A stretch of 64,000 bases of DNA, from positions 1,527-65,526 of the forward strand of contig CALHGZ010000004.1 in assembly GCA_938031175.1 (NCBI GenBank). Reading direction: 5' to 3'. Made by a program: the position numbers and the translations under genes. Below are positions 51,398 to 62,177 of this stretch, one piece after another (the first letter of the stretch is position 1; each line of letters starts with the position of its first letter). The stretch comes from Candidatus Kapaibacterium sp. (lineage in GTDB: Bacteria > Bacteroidota > Ignavibacteria > Kapaibacteriales > UBA2268). A model generated the notes under the pieces. That model had not been told where the DNA came from. It worked only from the letters and a program-made list of their open reading frames with translations, and did no database searches.

Positions 51398-52525
51398 ATG
51401 GCTAAAACAAAAAAGAAAGCAGAAGTAGCGGAGAATAATTACGAGAAAAAGGAAGAATTATCGAAAGCAAAGAAAGTTGTAAAATCTGTTATAAAAGAAA
51501 AAACTGACCCAAAAGTTAAAGCTATTGCTACTTCTGATGATAAAGTGTCAAAAAAAACCACAACTACATCAAAGGGAAAAACAAAGATAAATACGAAACC
51601 AATTTCTGAGCCAACGATAGATGAAGAAAAAAAAGCAAAGAGAATATCGAACAAAGAGGAGGTCAAAAGAGTAAAAAAAGTGGAAAAGCAATCGGAAATA
51701 AAATCTGAGGCACAATTAAAGACAAATAGAAAAGATAGCGATAGCAAATTAGAAAAACAAAAAAAGACATTAGACAAAGGAACTAAAACTAGTGCAATTC
51801 AGAAAGAGGAAGTGGATAAAATAAGTAAAATAAAAAGCAAAAAAAAGCAAGAACAAATAATTGAACAGCCTGAAATAAAAGTAATAAAAACGAAAACAAA
51901 AACTAAAAAATCAAAAGATATTAAACCTGTTGCAAAAACTCAAAAAAAAGAATCAGTAATAAAAGAAACACCCAAGTTAGCTACAAAAGAATTTGACACA
52001 AAGCAAAAATTAGCAAGCAAGAAAGAAGTAACAAAAGGAACAGAATTAATCGGTACAAAAGTTGAACAAAAAGGGAAAAAAACTAAAATTGGTCCTGTAA
52101 AAAAAGAACCTACCGTTAGATATTCGGATGAGGATTTAGAGATGTTTGCTAAGGTAATTCAGGAAGCAAGACGTGAAGCTCTCGAAGAATTGCAAATGTT
52201 AAGAGACCGATTGGAAGACCTTACTAATTATGATTATGCAGAAGAAAGTATGATTTATTCAATGCATATGGCGGAACAAGGTTCGGAAGCAATTGAAAAA
52301 GAGAAGACCTATGCACAAATCCAACGGATAAATGATTACATCAAAAAGCTGGATGAAGCTATGCAGAGGATTAAAGATAAAACTTATGGAATATGTAAAG
52401 AATGTGGTATATTAATAGCCAAAGAACGTCTATTGGCTGTTCCCATCACAACCCAATCGGCATCTTGGAAAATACATAAAAAATGCCCTGAGGATGGTAT
52501 CGATAGAATTGAACCGGTAAAGTAA
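51398..52525 (+). CDS. TraR/DksA family protein with a long Lys-rich N-terminal extension
   Basis: C-terminal RYSDEDL..HMAEQG..ERLLAVP with YGICKECG; conserved ileS-dksA-lspA position. Confidence 0.85.
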   Translation: MAKTKKKAEVAENNYEKKEELSKAKKVVKSVIKEKTDPKVKAIATSDDKVSKKTTTTSKGKTKINTKPISEPTIDEEKKAKRISNKEEVKRVKKVEKQSEIKSEAQLKTNRKDSDSKLEKQKKTLDKGTKTSAIQKEEVDKISKIKSKKKQEQIIEQPEIKVIKTKTKTKKSKDIKPVAKTQKKESVIKETPKLATKEFDTKQKLASKKEVTKGTELIGTKVEQKGKKTKIGPVKKEPTVRYSDEDLEMFAKVIQEARREALEELQMLRDRLEDLTNYDYAEESMIYSMHMAEQGSEAIEKEKTYAQIQRINDYIKKLDEAMQRIKDKTYGICKECGILIAKERLLAVPITTQSASWKIHKKCPEDGIDRIEPVK

Positions 52526-52582
52526 TTTTTTGAAGTCAATTAAAGGAAAAGTTCAACACGAAGATTTAAATTCCGAATTAGA

Positions 52583-53176
52583 ATGCAAGTCCAATCATCA
52601 AGAACATATTTCATAATAGCGATTATCCTTGTTATATTTGATCAATTGACTAAGATTGCAGTTAAAGGTTTTAATATTTTTGGAATTGAGCATACCGGAA
52701 TGATGTTAGGTGAATCAATACCACTAATAGGTGATTTTTTAAGGATTACTTTTGTAGAAAATGAAGGTATGGCATTCGGTATCAAATTTGGTAGTGGTAA
52801 AATTTTTCTCAGCTTGTTCTCAGTAATTGCTTCTATTGCATTAGGAATATTTCTACACAAGTTGAAGCAGTATAGTCTATTTGCTAAAATCCCGATTATG
52901 CTGATTTTTGCTGGTGCAATAGGGAATTTGATTGATAGAGTTTTTTACGGTGTGTTTTATGGTGAATCACCTTTATTTTATGGCAAGGTGGTAGATTTTA
53001 TTCAAGTAGATATACCAGATGTTACAATTTTTGGTAGTACCTATACCCACTGGCCTGTGTTCAATATTGCTGATTCTTGTGTAACTTGTGGTGTGATCTT
53101 GTTAATTTTGTTTCATAATAAGATACCACCGCTTAAAGAGGTATTTAGAAAAATGGATGTAAAGCAAGAATTGTGA
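52583..53176 (+). CDS. lspA: Lipoprotein signal peptidase II
   Basis: DQLTK, NEGMAFG, GAIGNLIDR, VVDF, FNIAD. Confidence 0.97.
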   Translation: MQVQSSRTYFIIAIILVIFDQLTKIAVKGFNIFGIEHTGMMLGESIPLIGDFLRITFVENEGMAFGIKFGSGKIFLSLFSVIASIALGIFLHKLKQYSLFAKIPIMLIFAGAIGNLIDRVFYGVFYGESPLFYGKVVDFIQVDIPDVTIFGSTYTHWPVFNIADSCVTCGVILLILFHNKIPPLKEVFRKMDVKQEL

Positions 53177-53181
53177 AATAT

Positions 53182-55029
53182 TTATTCTATTACCAGCGAT
53201 AATTTATATTCTTTCTTCAAAAGTTTAATAGCATTTTCGGCATCTTCAAAAGTTTTATATCCCCATAGTTTAATTTTATAAATAGGGAAGTTATTTTTAA
53301 GATATCTTTGATAGTAGGCTCTAAAGCCTCTTCTCTCCCATAATTCGACATAATTCAGGGCATCGAATTCACTATCATATTCACCTGCTATAATTTCAAA
53401 TGGCATTAAACTTGGGTCGAGCCATCTTATCTCAACGCGTCTGTTGTAATATTGTTGCCAGCCTATATTTTGTAAGTAGTAAATTGGCAAGTTACTTCCG
53501 TCAGTTCTGACTCTTATTTGATTTGGAGAGGCTCCAAGTTCGATAAGTTTACGTCTTGATTCTTGTGCTCGTCGTAAAGCTATGTAGTTATTAAATTCCT
53601 CTGAACCTTCTTGACTACTATGTCCGATTAGTTGAATTGCAGTGGATGGATTGTCCCTGAGTAGTTGAGCGAGTAAGTAAAAGTTTTCGTCAAATTCAAT
53701 ATCAATCAGGCTATCTCTATAGTTAAATGCTGCCAAAATTTGATTATCGGCATATTGATTTTCAATTGCTTTTACGATACGGAATTTATCAGTAGGCTTA
53801 GTCGATATATCAAGTGTAACAGTAATAGGGACTGATTTATCGGGTGAATTTGGCAATGTTACTGGGAAGTAGTAATATGCTCTTTGAACAAAAACGATTT
53901 CTTTCAAAATTGAACGTATGTTACGGATATTGTCTTCTGTAATAAAATAAAAATAACCACCTGTTGCGTCTGCGAGATATCTTAAATTATATGTTTCTAA
54001 AGCTGTACCCACTCCGATAATGTAAATTGGGACTTGTTTGGAACGTGCTAATTCAGCGATATCCCTAAGTTCAATTGCAATTGAAGAATTGTCCTCAATG
54101 TAGGTAATTAGAATACAGATATTATCATAATTTTTATCGGTATTGTCAATATTGGAAATGGTATTATAGAGAGCTTTATAAGAGGCATTCAATCCAAAGT
54201 TGGGTGGTAAATCCTGAGATGATAAGGCTAAAAAAGCATTTGCAGCAGGTAAATTTTCGTATAATTTTCTATTGTAGTGATTGTAATATGAAAAAGTAAT
54301 TAAGTCATTAGAATGAAGTGATGTTATCCAATCTTTTATGTAATTGATTATTGCAGTGTTTGATTCGGCAGCAGATGAATTATCGAGTAATAAATTTATA
54401 TTTAGTAATGGGGTGGATACTGAATAACTTTTCTCAATTATTTTTTCAGGGATAAATTTTCCATTGCTAATATTATCGAAAGTAAATTTAATTTGATCAT
54501 GCAAATTAGCTGAACTGATATAATTTCCGAATTGGTCAATTAGTACTACTCTCAATCCAAGCTGGTTTGTCATTGGTGTTGGGTAGATTTTCCTTATAAC
54601 CCTGATTTGATTGATTTGTTCAGGATTTTTGAACGAAACAATACCTTCAAGGTATTTAGCAGGTGAACTGGAAGGAGATAGGTTCATTCCCTTTAAAATT
54701 TCCGGTCCTCTAACTGGTTCTATTTGCTGTTTTTGTCTGACATAAACACGCCAATCTGTTATTAGAGAATCAGTTTCATTTTGGTATGCTTTAATAATGT
54801 ATTTTGTTGTTTTGACAGGAGTTACATTAATGCTATCGGTTGGTGAAAACCTACGGTTTAAACCTTCAATAATTACATAATCAGCATTTTCGAATGACCA
54901 TTTAATTGTTGCACTTTCGCCTTCTTTGATTTCGCTAAAACCTTTGTAGTAAAGTTCTTTGATTGGACCACGTGAGCAGGCGATTATTATTAGAATAGAC
55001 AGACATGAATAAATTCGTAAGCGGTTCAA
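53182..55029 (-). CDS. Lipoprotein with Ig-like, VWA, OmpA-like and C-terminal SPOR-like domains
   Basis: Lipobox IIAC, VWA LLLDNSS..IYIIGVG..LADATGGYF, OmpA GHSS..RRA..NRRVE, and a SPOR-like tail. Confidence 0.82.
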   Translation of the reverse strand: MNRLRIYSCLSILIIIACSRGPIKELYYKGFSEIKEGESATIKWSFENADYVIIEGLNRRFSPTDSINVTPVKTTKYIIKAYQNETDSLITDWRVYVRQKQQIEPVRGPEILKGMNLSPSSSPAKYLEGIVSFKNPEQINQIRVIRKIYPTPMTNQLGLRVVLIDQFGNYISSANLHDQIKFTFDNISNGKFIPEKIIEKSYSVSTPLLNINLLLDNSSAAESNTAIINYIKDWITSLHSNDLITFSYYNHYNRKLYENLPAANAFLALSSQDLPPNFGLNASYKALYNTISNIDNTDKNYDNICILITYIEDNSSIAIELRDIAELARSKQVPIYIIGVGTALETYNLRYLADATGGYFYFITEDNIRNIRSILKEIVFVQRAYYYFPVTLPNSPDKSVPITVTLDISTKPTDKFRIVKAIENQYADNQILAAFNYRDSLIDIEFDENFYLLAQLLRDNPSTAIQLIGHSSQEGSEEFNNYIALRRAQESRRKLIELGASPNQIRVRTDGSNLPIYYLQNIGWQQYYNRRVEIRWLDPSLMPFEIIAGEYDSEFDALNYVELWERRGFRAYYQRYLKNNFPIYKIKLWGYKTFEDAENAIKLLKKEYKLSLVIE

Positions 55030-55196
55030 TTTTCACTCCTGCTATTTTTGTTTAACTAATACAAAAATAGTTTATTTTAAATATATAAATTTAAAATATT
55101 TAATTTAAAGCTCAAATTTTCGCTTTTGAATTCTTATCATTCTTCAAAATATCTATCTTGGTTATACGATTTAAAAATATTTGATTAGGGTTTAAA

Positions 55197-55661
55197 ATGG
55201 CAGTATTTACATTTCAAAGAGAACAATTGCTAAAATCATCTATTGAGATGGTTTGGGATTTTATTTCCTCGCCAAAAAACTTAAAAATTATAACACCTGA
55301 ATATATGGGATTTGAAATATTGAATAAAAATTTACCTGAAAAAATGTACACAGGAATTATTATAAATTATAAAGTTAGTCCTTTATTTGGGATAAAATTA
55401 ACCTGGAGTTCAGAAATTACTCATATACGTGAATTTGAGTTTTTTGTAGATGAGCAAAAAGTCGGTCCTTATAAATTTTGGCACCATCAACATCATATTA
55501 AAAAGTATGATAGCGGTGTTTTAATGACTGATATAATCAATTACTCGCCACCATTTGGTTTTTTAGGAGCTTTGGCAAATACAGTTTTAATACAGAAAAA
55601 GTTAAAAGAGATTTTTGATTATCGTGAAAAGAAATTTAACGAGATTTTCAATCATAGATGA
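55197..55661 (+). CDS. SRPBCC (START-like) family protein
   Basis: WDFISSPKNL..ITP, FVDEQ..GPY..WHHQH. Confidence 0.9.
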   Translation: MAVFTFQREQLLKSSIEMVWDFISSPKNLKIITPEYMGFEILNKNLPEKMYTGIIINYKVSPLFGIKLTWSSEITHIREFEFFVDEQKVGPYKFWHHQHHIKKYDSGVLMTDIINYSPPFGFLGALANTVLIQKKLKEIFDYREKKFNEIFNHR

Positions 55662-55676
55662 GTTTTATATTTGAAT

Positions 55677-55708
55677 AAAAAAAGGGGATGTTAGCAACAT
55701 CCCCTTTT
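55677..55708. terminator. Bidirectional intrinsic terminator
   Basis: AAAAGGGGATGTT-AGC-AACATCCCCTTTT between convergent genes. Confidence 0.9.
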
Positions 55709-55723
55709 ATATATTGTTGAGAT

Positions 55724-58396
55724 TTAATCTTCGAATTGTGAGAGTGGTGTTCTTATGATGACTTGTACAGTTCTATTATAGAATCTGCCTTCAGGTAAAT
55801 CGTTTGTATAGAGTGGTTCATCTTCACCGACACCTCTTTTAGTTAGCTGTGCATATTTGCCTTTGGTTCTGTTTTTGATTCCCGTTTCAACAGTATTAGC
55901 TCGTCTTTCGGATAGTCTTTTGTTATGATCATACATACCGACGATATCAGTATGACCAACGACTTCAACTACTGAGGTTGGGAATACTCGATCGTAAACA
56001 TAATCACGCATAATTCGTTCGTTAATAGGACCGGTATCGGCTCTGTCAAACGGGAAAAGAATAAGATTATAACGCTCTAATGTACTGTCAGCAATTTTTA
56101 TAACTTCTTTCTTTTCAGTTGAGACTTGCATTACGGGAATGGTAATCGGGTCTGATTTACATTCGGCACCTGAATGTGTCGTTACAATTAATTGTGCAAC
56201 AAAGCTTAATTCATCTTTGGGATATCTGCCACGTTCATTTTGCCAATTCCACTGAGCTGTTGGCTCGGTAATTCCAATATCAGTTAAAACTTTCCACATT
56301 TCATTTCCTCTTTTGATTTCAACTCTTCTTTTAGCGACTATAACGTCCTCAATACCATTTTTTAGAACAAATTGCATTTGCTCTGGTTGTGGGAATGTTT
56401 TTGGATCTTTGTCGAAAACGGGTTTCATTATTTCCCAATCGTTAGAAATAATTTCAACTCGCCAGTTTTCTTGGATACCCAAAGAATCTTTTAGATTTGA
56501 AACTACCTGTGGTTGGTTTCTGTATGTTAGTTTCATTCGCTTTTCATCAATTTTCCAGATATCTCTTAAATATTTGAAAACATTGTCGGCTCTTTCTTTG
56601 GAAAGGCCGGGTCTTTTTTCCTCTGGGCTTACACCGTCATTGCAACCTACGATTTCTATTTTTGTATTTGGAAATTTATTTAATCGGTAACCATAAATAT
56701 TGAGAATATGGTAGTATTTATCTAATGTACCCCCTGCAATTGTTGTATCTGTGAAAAGTTTTGTATCTTCAGGTGACTCGAAAAGTATGTATCTATCTGG
56801 TATAACAGATGATCCAATATCAAAGAAAACGTAGTTGAGCAATGGATATAGATCCCAGGTTTTTACTTCTTCCATCACTAAACCTCTGAATTTAGCAAGG
56901 GATGGGTCATCTCTTTTGGCACGGGAGATATAATCGGCTTCGTCTATTCTTGCTTCAATAATGGGACGCTGGCCAAGGGTCAATTTGACAAAAATTTCAT
57001 CAACAGGTTTTTCGGCAGCATCGGGATCCTCGACCATTGGCGGTTTATCTACTCTTTGAATTTTTTTTGTGATGCCATATTTAGGATTTTCAGCAGTAAT
57101 TTCTAAGTCAACGTAAAGTAAGGAGTCCTTGGGATCGCCATAATCCTGATTAGCAATTATAATTGAAAATTCTGTTTTAAAGGTTGTAATTTCTTCTTCG
57201 TGAACTTTTCCAGTGATAGGATTCTTAATAGTAATTTTTGCTGGAATGAATTCATCTGAACATTCATCAACTACAGTACCTTTGAGAAGAACTGTTTGAT
57301 AGAATTTCGGTACAAATGCCATAAATATATCAAAATCACCCTGATAGCCCGGTAAGTCTGTTCTTCTTGATGAAAAATACAATATATCGCCTGATGCAGG
57401 TAAAGTTATGAATTGCTCGTCTAATTTTGTATTAATTGGAGCGCCTAAGTTTTGTGGCTTGCTCCATTTTCCGGTCTCAGGATTATATCGAGTTACATAG
57501 AAGTCTAAACCACCAATTTTATCTGGATAACCATCGGAGGCAAAAAATAGGGTCTGGTTATCAGCTGCTATGAAAGGTGAGACCTCTCTACCTTTTGTGT
57601 TAATTTCGACTAAATTTTTTGCAGGTTTCCATTCTTCAAGTTCAAAATCCCAATCGGAGTACCAAATATCAAAATTTTCTGGAATGTTTCTTCCGTCGCT
57701 ATTCGGACCTTCGCGAGTTGATACAAAATACAATCTACTTTGATCTGGTGCGATTGAAGGTTGACTATCAAAATTTTTTGAATTTACGTTTGGACCGAGG
57801 TTTATTGGGCGCCCCCATTTATCACCTTCAATGGTTGTTTTGTAAATATCACAATCACCTAAACCATCGGGACGATTGCAAGCTGTAAAGTATAGGGACT
57901 GACCATCGGCGGCAATTGAGGCTGCACCTTCGTTTAATTCAGTGTTTACACCGAATACTCCAAGATGTGTTGTTGTGTCAATATTATATGGTGGGAAAAA
58001 TATAGTATCTAAGCGGTGATTTTTCTTTGCAGCCCAGAAGTCGTGTGAATATTCTCCTTTATTTGTCAATTTACTACCAGGACGATTGGAGACAAAATAT
58101 AATGTTTTGCCATCTGCGCTTATTGTAGGTGCATAATCAAGTCCTGCAAAATTGACAACTGGTCCTAAATTAATAATTCTGATACGTTTATTGTCAAGAA
58201 TTGTTGAACTTGGTTCATCCTGTGGACGTTCTGAACCAGACAATAAAACCAAGCCATATAAATGTAAATTGCCATCAGCATATATACCTTGGTCATTAAT
58301 TTGATGTTTATTTTCCGCTAAAATATGCTGAAAATTTAAAGCTGTAAATGCAAGAACAATAAAAATTGATGTGATTATTGATTGAATCTGTTGCAT
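55724..58396 (-). CDS. PD40 beta-propeller protein with two OmpA-like peptidoglycan-binding domains (PorE-like architecture)
   Basis: Repeats of NLGP.VN..D..P.I..DG..LYF.S; OmpA-like GCND..LSKERA..RVEI and GHTD..LSERRA..NRTV. Confidence 0.85.
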   Translation of the reverse strand: MQQIQSIITSIFIVLAFTALNFQHILAENKHQINDQGIYADGNLHLYGLVLLSGSERPQDEPSSTILDNKRIRIINLGPVVNFAGLDYAPTISADGKTLYFVSNRPGSKLTNKGEYSHDFWAAKKNHRLDTIFFPPYNIDTTTHLGVFGVNTELNEGAASIAADGQSLYFTACNRPDGLGDCDIYKTTIEGDKWGRPINLGPNVNSKNFDSQPSIAPDQSRLYFVSTREGPNSDGRNIPENFDIWYSDWDFELEEWKPAKNLVEINTKGREVSPFIAADNQTLFFASDGYPDKIGGLDFYVTRYNPETGKWSKPQNLGAPINTKLDEQFITLPASGDILYFSSRRTDLPGYQGDFDIFMAFVPKFYQTVLLKGTVVDECSDEFIPAKITIKNPITGKVHEEEITTFKTEFSIIIANQDYGDPKDSLLYVDLEITAENPKYGITKKIQRVDKPPMVEDPDAAEKPVDEIFVKLTLGQRPIIEARIDEADYISRAKRDDPSLAKFRGLVMEEVKTWDLYPLLNYVFFDIGSSVIPDRYILFESPEDTKLFTDTTIAGGTLDKYYHILNIYGYRLNKFPNTKIEIVGCNDGVSPEEKRPGLSKERADNVFKYLRDIWKIDEKRMKLTYRNQPQVVSNLKDSLGIQENWRVEIISNDWEIMKPVFDKDPKTFPQPEQMQFVLKNGIEDVIVAKRRVEIKRGNEMWKVLTDIGITEPTAQWNWQNERGRYPKDELSFVAQLIVTTHSGAECKSDPITIPVMQVSTEKKEVIKIADSTLERYNLILFPFDRADTGPINERIMRDYVYDRVFPTSVVEVVGHTDIVGMYDHNKRLSERRANTVETGIKNRTKGKYAQLTKRGVGEDEPLYTNDLPEGRFYNRTVQVIIRTPLSQFED

Positions 58397-58680
58397 AAGC
58401 TCCTACCCATTTAAATTAATATTAATATGAATTTTGATTTTTTCCAGTTTTGTAAATAACTAACATACAAAAAATAAATATTTAACAATATTAAGAATTA
58501 TTAATGTTGTTTTTGAAATTCAAAATTTGAAAATAACTTTAATAAATACAAAAATTAACTAAAAATGTTATCAATAATTTCAATTTTGTAAATATGAAAT
58601 AATTAATTTAATTGCTAAATTTTTAAAACACAAGTTAAAAATAAATTAGGGAGTAAAATTTGTATTTTAAGGAATGACTT

Positions 58681-59511
58681 TTACTTGATGTATGAGATTC
58701 TATCTTCTTTTAGGGAGTATCTTATTTCGATTAAAAATCGCCAGGAATTAATTTTGAAATTTTTCCCATATTCTGAAATATTATTCATTGGGATATTGTA
58801 TTGGAATTCTGGGGAGAAAAATAAACGATGGGATAATCTAAAATTAAATGCAATAGCCGATGATAAATACAGTTGAAAAGAATTTAGTTGAGGTAATTTT
58901 TCATCTTGTAGGGTTAAAGTATTTCCTTTACCCGTTCCAAAACTGATTGTTGCTGTTTCACCGTTACTTAATAGAGCTTTTTTATCTAGTAATTCTTGGG
59001 AATGCTTGATATTAGCATTAATTACGAAGGAACCGTTAAGAGCAAACTTAAAGTATAAGAAATCTGCTGTTGACCACTTAATATATGGAGCTAAGGTAAA
59101 ATATGAGAGATCGACTTCACCTATGTGTCGAAATAGTACTGGTACAGTTTCATAATCATCAGTTCCTTCAATTTTGAATTTTATGGATTCTCTTTCGCGG
59201 TAAGTACTTGTTATGTCCATGATATCGAACAAAACTTGAGCACCAAGGTAAAGTGATTCAAATATTTCATGTTCATATAAAGCGCCGATTGTAAATCCGA
59301 AACCGTTTCCTTTATCGAAGATGCAATCATCGCATTCAACATAAAATTCCCCACTTTGGAAATTACTACCAAATCCAACTAAAATTCCGATTTGTTTATC
59401 AGGGGGTAATTCACCTGGAGCTATAGGCGAGGCTAATTGTTGTGAAAAGCTTAAGCTATATGTAAATAATATAGATAAGATTATAATTAATGTTTTAAAC
59501 AATAATAACAT
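58681..59511 (-). CDS. Outer-membrane beta-barrel protein (PorT-like)
   Basis: Signal peptide, alternating beta strands, and a C-terminal strand with aromatic residues. Confidence 0.65.
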   Translation of the reverse strand: MLLLFKTLIIILSILFTYSLSFSQQLASPIAPGELPPDKQIGILVGFGSNFQSGEFYVECDDCIFDKGNGFGFTIGALYEHEIFESLYLGAQVLFDIMDITSTYRERESIKFKIEGTDDYETVPVLFRHIGEVDLSYFTLAPYIKWSTADFLYFKFALNGSFVINANIKHSQELLDKKALLSNGETATISFGTGKGNTLTLQDEKLPQLNSFQLYLSSAIAFNFRLSHRLFFSPEFQYNIPMNNISEYGKNFKINSWRFLIEIRYSLKEDRISYIK

Positions 59512-59566
59512 TATTTACCTCGTATATAAATTATTCGAAATCAAAGTTTTATTTAATATATAATTT

Positions 59567-60964
59567 ATGGATATAAAGCCAATGACGATGGATAATGTTA
59601 CAGATTTTGTAGAATTTCATCAAGAATCAATTCTTTCCAATGTGAGGTACAAAGCTATCAAACTATTAAGTCTTCACGAACGAACAGATGCTTACCTTGA
59701 TAAAATACTTGACAATGAGCAAAAGTTTTCAGATTTATCCCCATTAGATAGTTCTCTTTTGAATGAATTGGTATGTGGTGTTATACGTTGGAAGGCAAAA
59801 ATTGATTGGGTATTAACAGGCTTTTATCGCGGAGATTATCAAAAATGCCTAAATATTGTTAAGAATGCAATGAGAGTTGCACTTTATCAATTAATGTTCC
59901 TGAATAAAATACCCGCCTATGCAGCGATAAATGAATCTGTCGAAGTTGTAAAGAGAATTCAAGGTGATAAAACAGCAAATATTGTAAATGGTGTATTGCG
60001 AAATATTCAACGCAATATGGATAATATCCGTTATCCTGAACCGGAAGAAGATATTGTTTATTATTTATCAACATTGCATTCCCATCCGAAATGGATGGTA
60101 AAAAGATGGTTGGAACGTTTCGGTCAAGAAGAAACAGCCAAATTACTTGAAGCTAATAACAATAGACCGAACATTTATTTACGCATAAACACTTTAAAGA
60201 CTTCAGCTGAGAGTTTTTATAGTCATTTGGAAAGCAGAGGCGTTCCTTACGTTCGCTCGGAATATCTCAAAGAATCTTTCTACATAGTTAATCCACGCAG
60301 AAGTTTAGAAAGTACAGATGCATTCAAGAATGGATTAGTTACGGTTCAAGATGTTAGTGCAGCATTAGCTGTAAGACTCGCTGATGTCAAACCGAATATG
60401 TCAGTCATTGATCTATGTAGTGCACCCGGAGGAAAATCGTTTTATTTAGCCGAATTAATGAACAATCAAGGGAAAATTTTGGCTGTTGAGAAGTATTCTT
60501 CAAAAGAAAAATTTATTTTAGAAGGAGCAGAAAGACTCGGAATAAATATTATTGAAATAAGAAACGCTGATGCTACTAGTATTACCTCAGAGGAGTTGTT
60601 TGATGTCGTATTTGCCGATGTTCCTTGTTCTGGACTTGGTACTTTATCCAAAAAACCTGATATAAAATGGAAACGGGATATTGACGATATTCCAAAATTA
60701 GTTAACTTACAACGGGAAATTTTAAAAAATGCAAGTAGGTTGGTTAAAATAGGTGGTGTTCTAATATATTCGACCTGTACTATCGAAAAAGAGGAAAATG
60801 AGGAAAATATTGAATATTTCCAGAATGAATTTGATAATTTTTATTTAGATCCGGCTGAGAATTATTTGCCGCAATCTGTTTGTAAGGATGGATATATGCA
60901 AACTTTTCCTCATATACATTCAATTGATGGAGCTTTTGCTGCAAGATTAGTCAGAAAATCATAA
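59567..60964 (+). CDS. rsmB: 16S rRNA m5C967 methyltransferase
   Basis: NusB-like N-terminus, SHPKW, VQD, DLCSAPGGK, DVPCSGLG, YSTCT, DGAF. Confidence 0.96.
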   Translation: MDIKPMTMDNVTDFVEFHQESILSNVRYKAIKLLSLHERTDAYLDKILDNEQKFSDLSPLDSSLLNELVCGVIRWKAKIDWVLTGFYRGDYQKCLNIVKNAMRVALYQLMFLNKIPAYAAINESVEVVKRIQGDKTANIVNGVLRNIQRNMDNIRYPEPEEDIVYYLSTLHSHPKWMVKRWLERFGQEETAKLLEANNNRPNIYLRINTLKTSAESFYSHLESRGVPYVRSEYLKESFYIVNPRRSLESTDAFKNGLVTVQDVSAALAVRLADVKPNMSVIDLCSAPGGKSFYLAELMNNQGKILAVEKYSSKEKFILEGAERLGINIIEIRNADATSITSEELFDVVFADVPCSGLGTLSKKPDIKWKRDIDDIPKLVNLQREILKNASRLVKIGGVLIYSTCTIEKEENEENIEYFQNEFDNFYLDPAENYLPQSVCKDGYMQTFPHIHSIDGAFAARLVRKS

Positions 60965-60981
60965 ATTTAAGAGTATATTTT

Positions 60982-61389
60982 ATGAATAAAGGTTCTGAGA
61001 GCGTAACCGAAGGAATAAGAATACAAGTTTTACCGGAATATATCCCTCCAAACATATTAAAAGGAGAAGAAGGTAAATATTATTTTTCTTATACCATAAC
61101 AATTACAAATGAAGGTAGTGAATGGGCAAAACTTTTGAGCCGTCACTGGATTATTATTGATGCCGATGGTAATCGAACTGATGTAGTGGGAGAAGGTGTT
61201 GTTGGATATTTCCCTGAATTAGAACCCGGAGAATCATTTACATATACGAGTTATTGCCCATTGGATACACCTTGGGGAACAATGGAGGGTGAATTTCAAA
61301 TGCGAAGAAAAGATGGAGAAATATTTTATGCCAAAATTGATAGATTCTATTTAGTTTCAGATGAGGTTACGCAGGATAAAGACATTTAA
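60982..61389 (+). CDS. apaG: ApaG protein
   Basis: YTITITN, LLSRHWII, GEGVVG, FTYTS, GTMEG. Confidence 0.96.
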   Translation: MNKGSESVTEGIRIQVLPEYIPPNILKGEEGKYYFSYTITITNEGSEWAKLLSRHWIIIDADGNRTDVVGEGVVGYFPELEPGESFTYTSYCPLDTPWGTMEGEFQMRRKDGEIFYAKIDRFYLVSDEVTQDKDI

Positions 61390-61391
61390 AT

Positions 61392-61988
61392 TCATTCGAA
61401 TATTTTATTTTTTGAAATTTTTTTTTCTTTTAATAATGTGTTGTAGATAGCATCCAAAATGCCATTGATGAATTGGCTACTTTTTTCTGTGGAAAATTTT
61501 TTTGCAATGTCTATAGCTTCATTTACGCTGACTTTGTAGGGAATATCATCAAAAAAGAGAATTTCAGCAAGAGCAATATGCATAAGAATTCTATCTATGC
61601 GGGCAATTCTTTCCAATTCCCAGTTATCTGTATGTTCTTTAATGTATTGATCGAATTTTTCATTATTTTCTAGAACACGGTTAATTAAGTTTCTTGCAAA
61701 AATGACATCATCATCATTCCATTGAATTGGTATATCAGCTTCAAGCTCATAAATTTCATCTGGTGTGAGAAGTCTTGGAGAATTTTTGTCCGCAGATTCT
61801 TCGGAGATATTGAATTTTCTGAAAAAAATGTGATCGAACAATAATTCAAATTCAAGTTGACTGATTTGGAATGCATATATAAATTGCAGAATTTTTTCTC
61901 TTGCAAGCCTTCGACTGCCTTGTACCCATTTAGTTCTGCTAAGTGGGAATTTATTCTCGTTTTGCTCTTTTGCTTTTTTTGAAATCAT
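61392..61988 (-). CDS. nusB: Transcription antitermination factor NusB
   Basis: RRLARE, WELERIARIDR, VSVNEAIDIAKKF, FINGILD. Confidence 0.95.
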   Translation of the reverse strand: MISKKAKEQNENKFPLSRTKWVQGSRRLAREKILQFIYAFQISQLEFELLFDHIFFRKFNISEESADKNSPRLLTPDEIYELEADIPIQWNDDDVIFARNLINRVLENNEKFDQYIKEHTDNWELERIARIDRILMHIALAEILFFDDIPYKVSVNEAIDIAKKFSTEKSSQFINGILDAIYNTLLKEKKISKNKIFE

Positions 61989-62177
61989 ATTGATAAAATT
62001 TGATAGAAAACTTAGTGCATATTAACGAAATAATATGAAAAAATTTTGTGAAATCTTATTCCCCAAAGATATTTATTCGCTTACATCTATTTAGCTTAAA
62101 TTTCATCTATTGTATTGGTTGTGATTTGATAAAAAAAGTTATATTTGATATGTACAATATTTTTAACATTAATAGAA

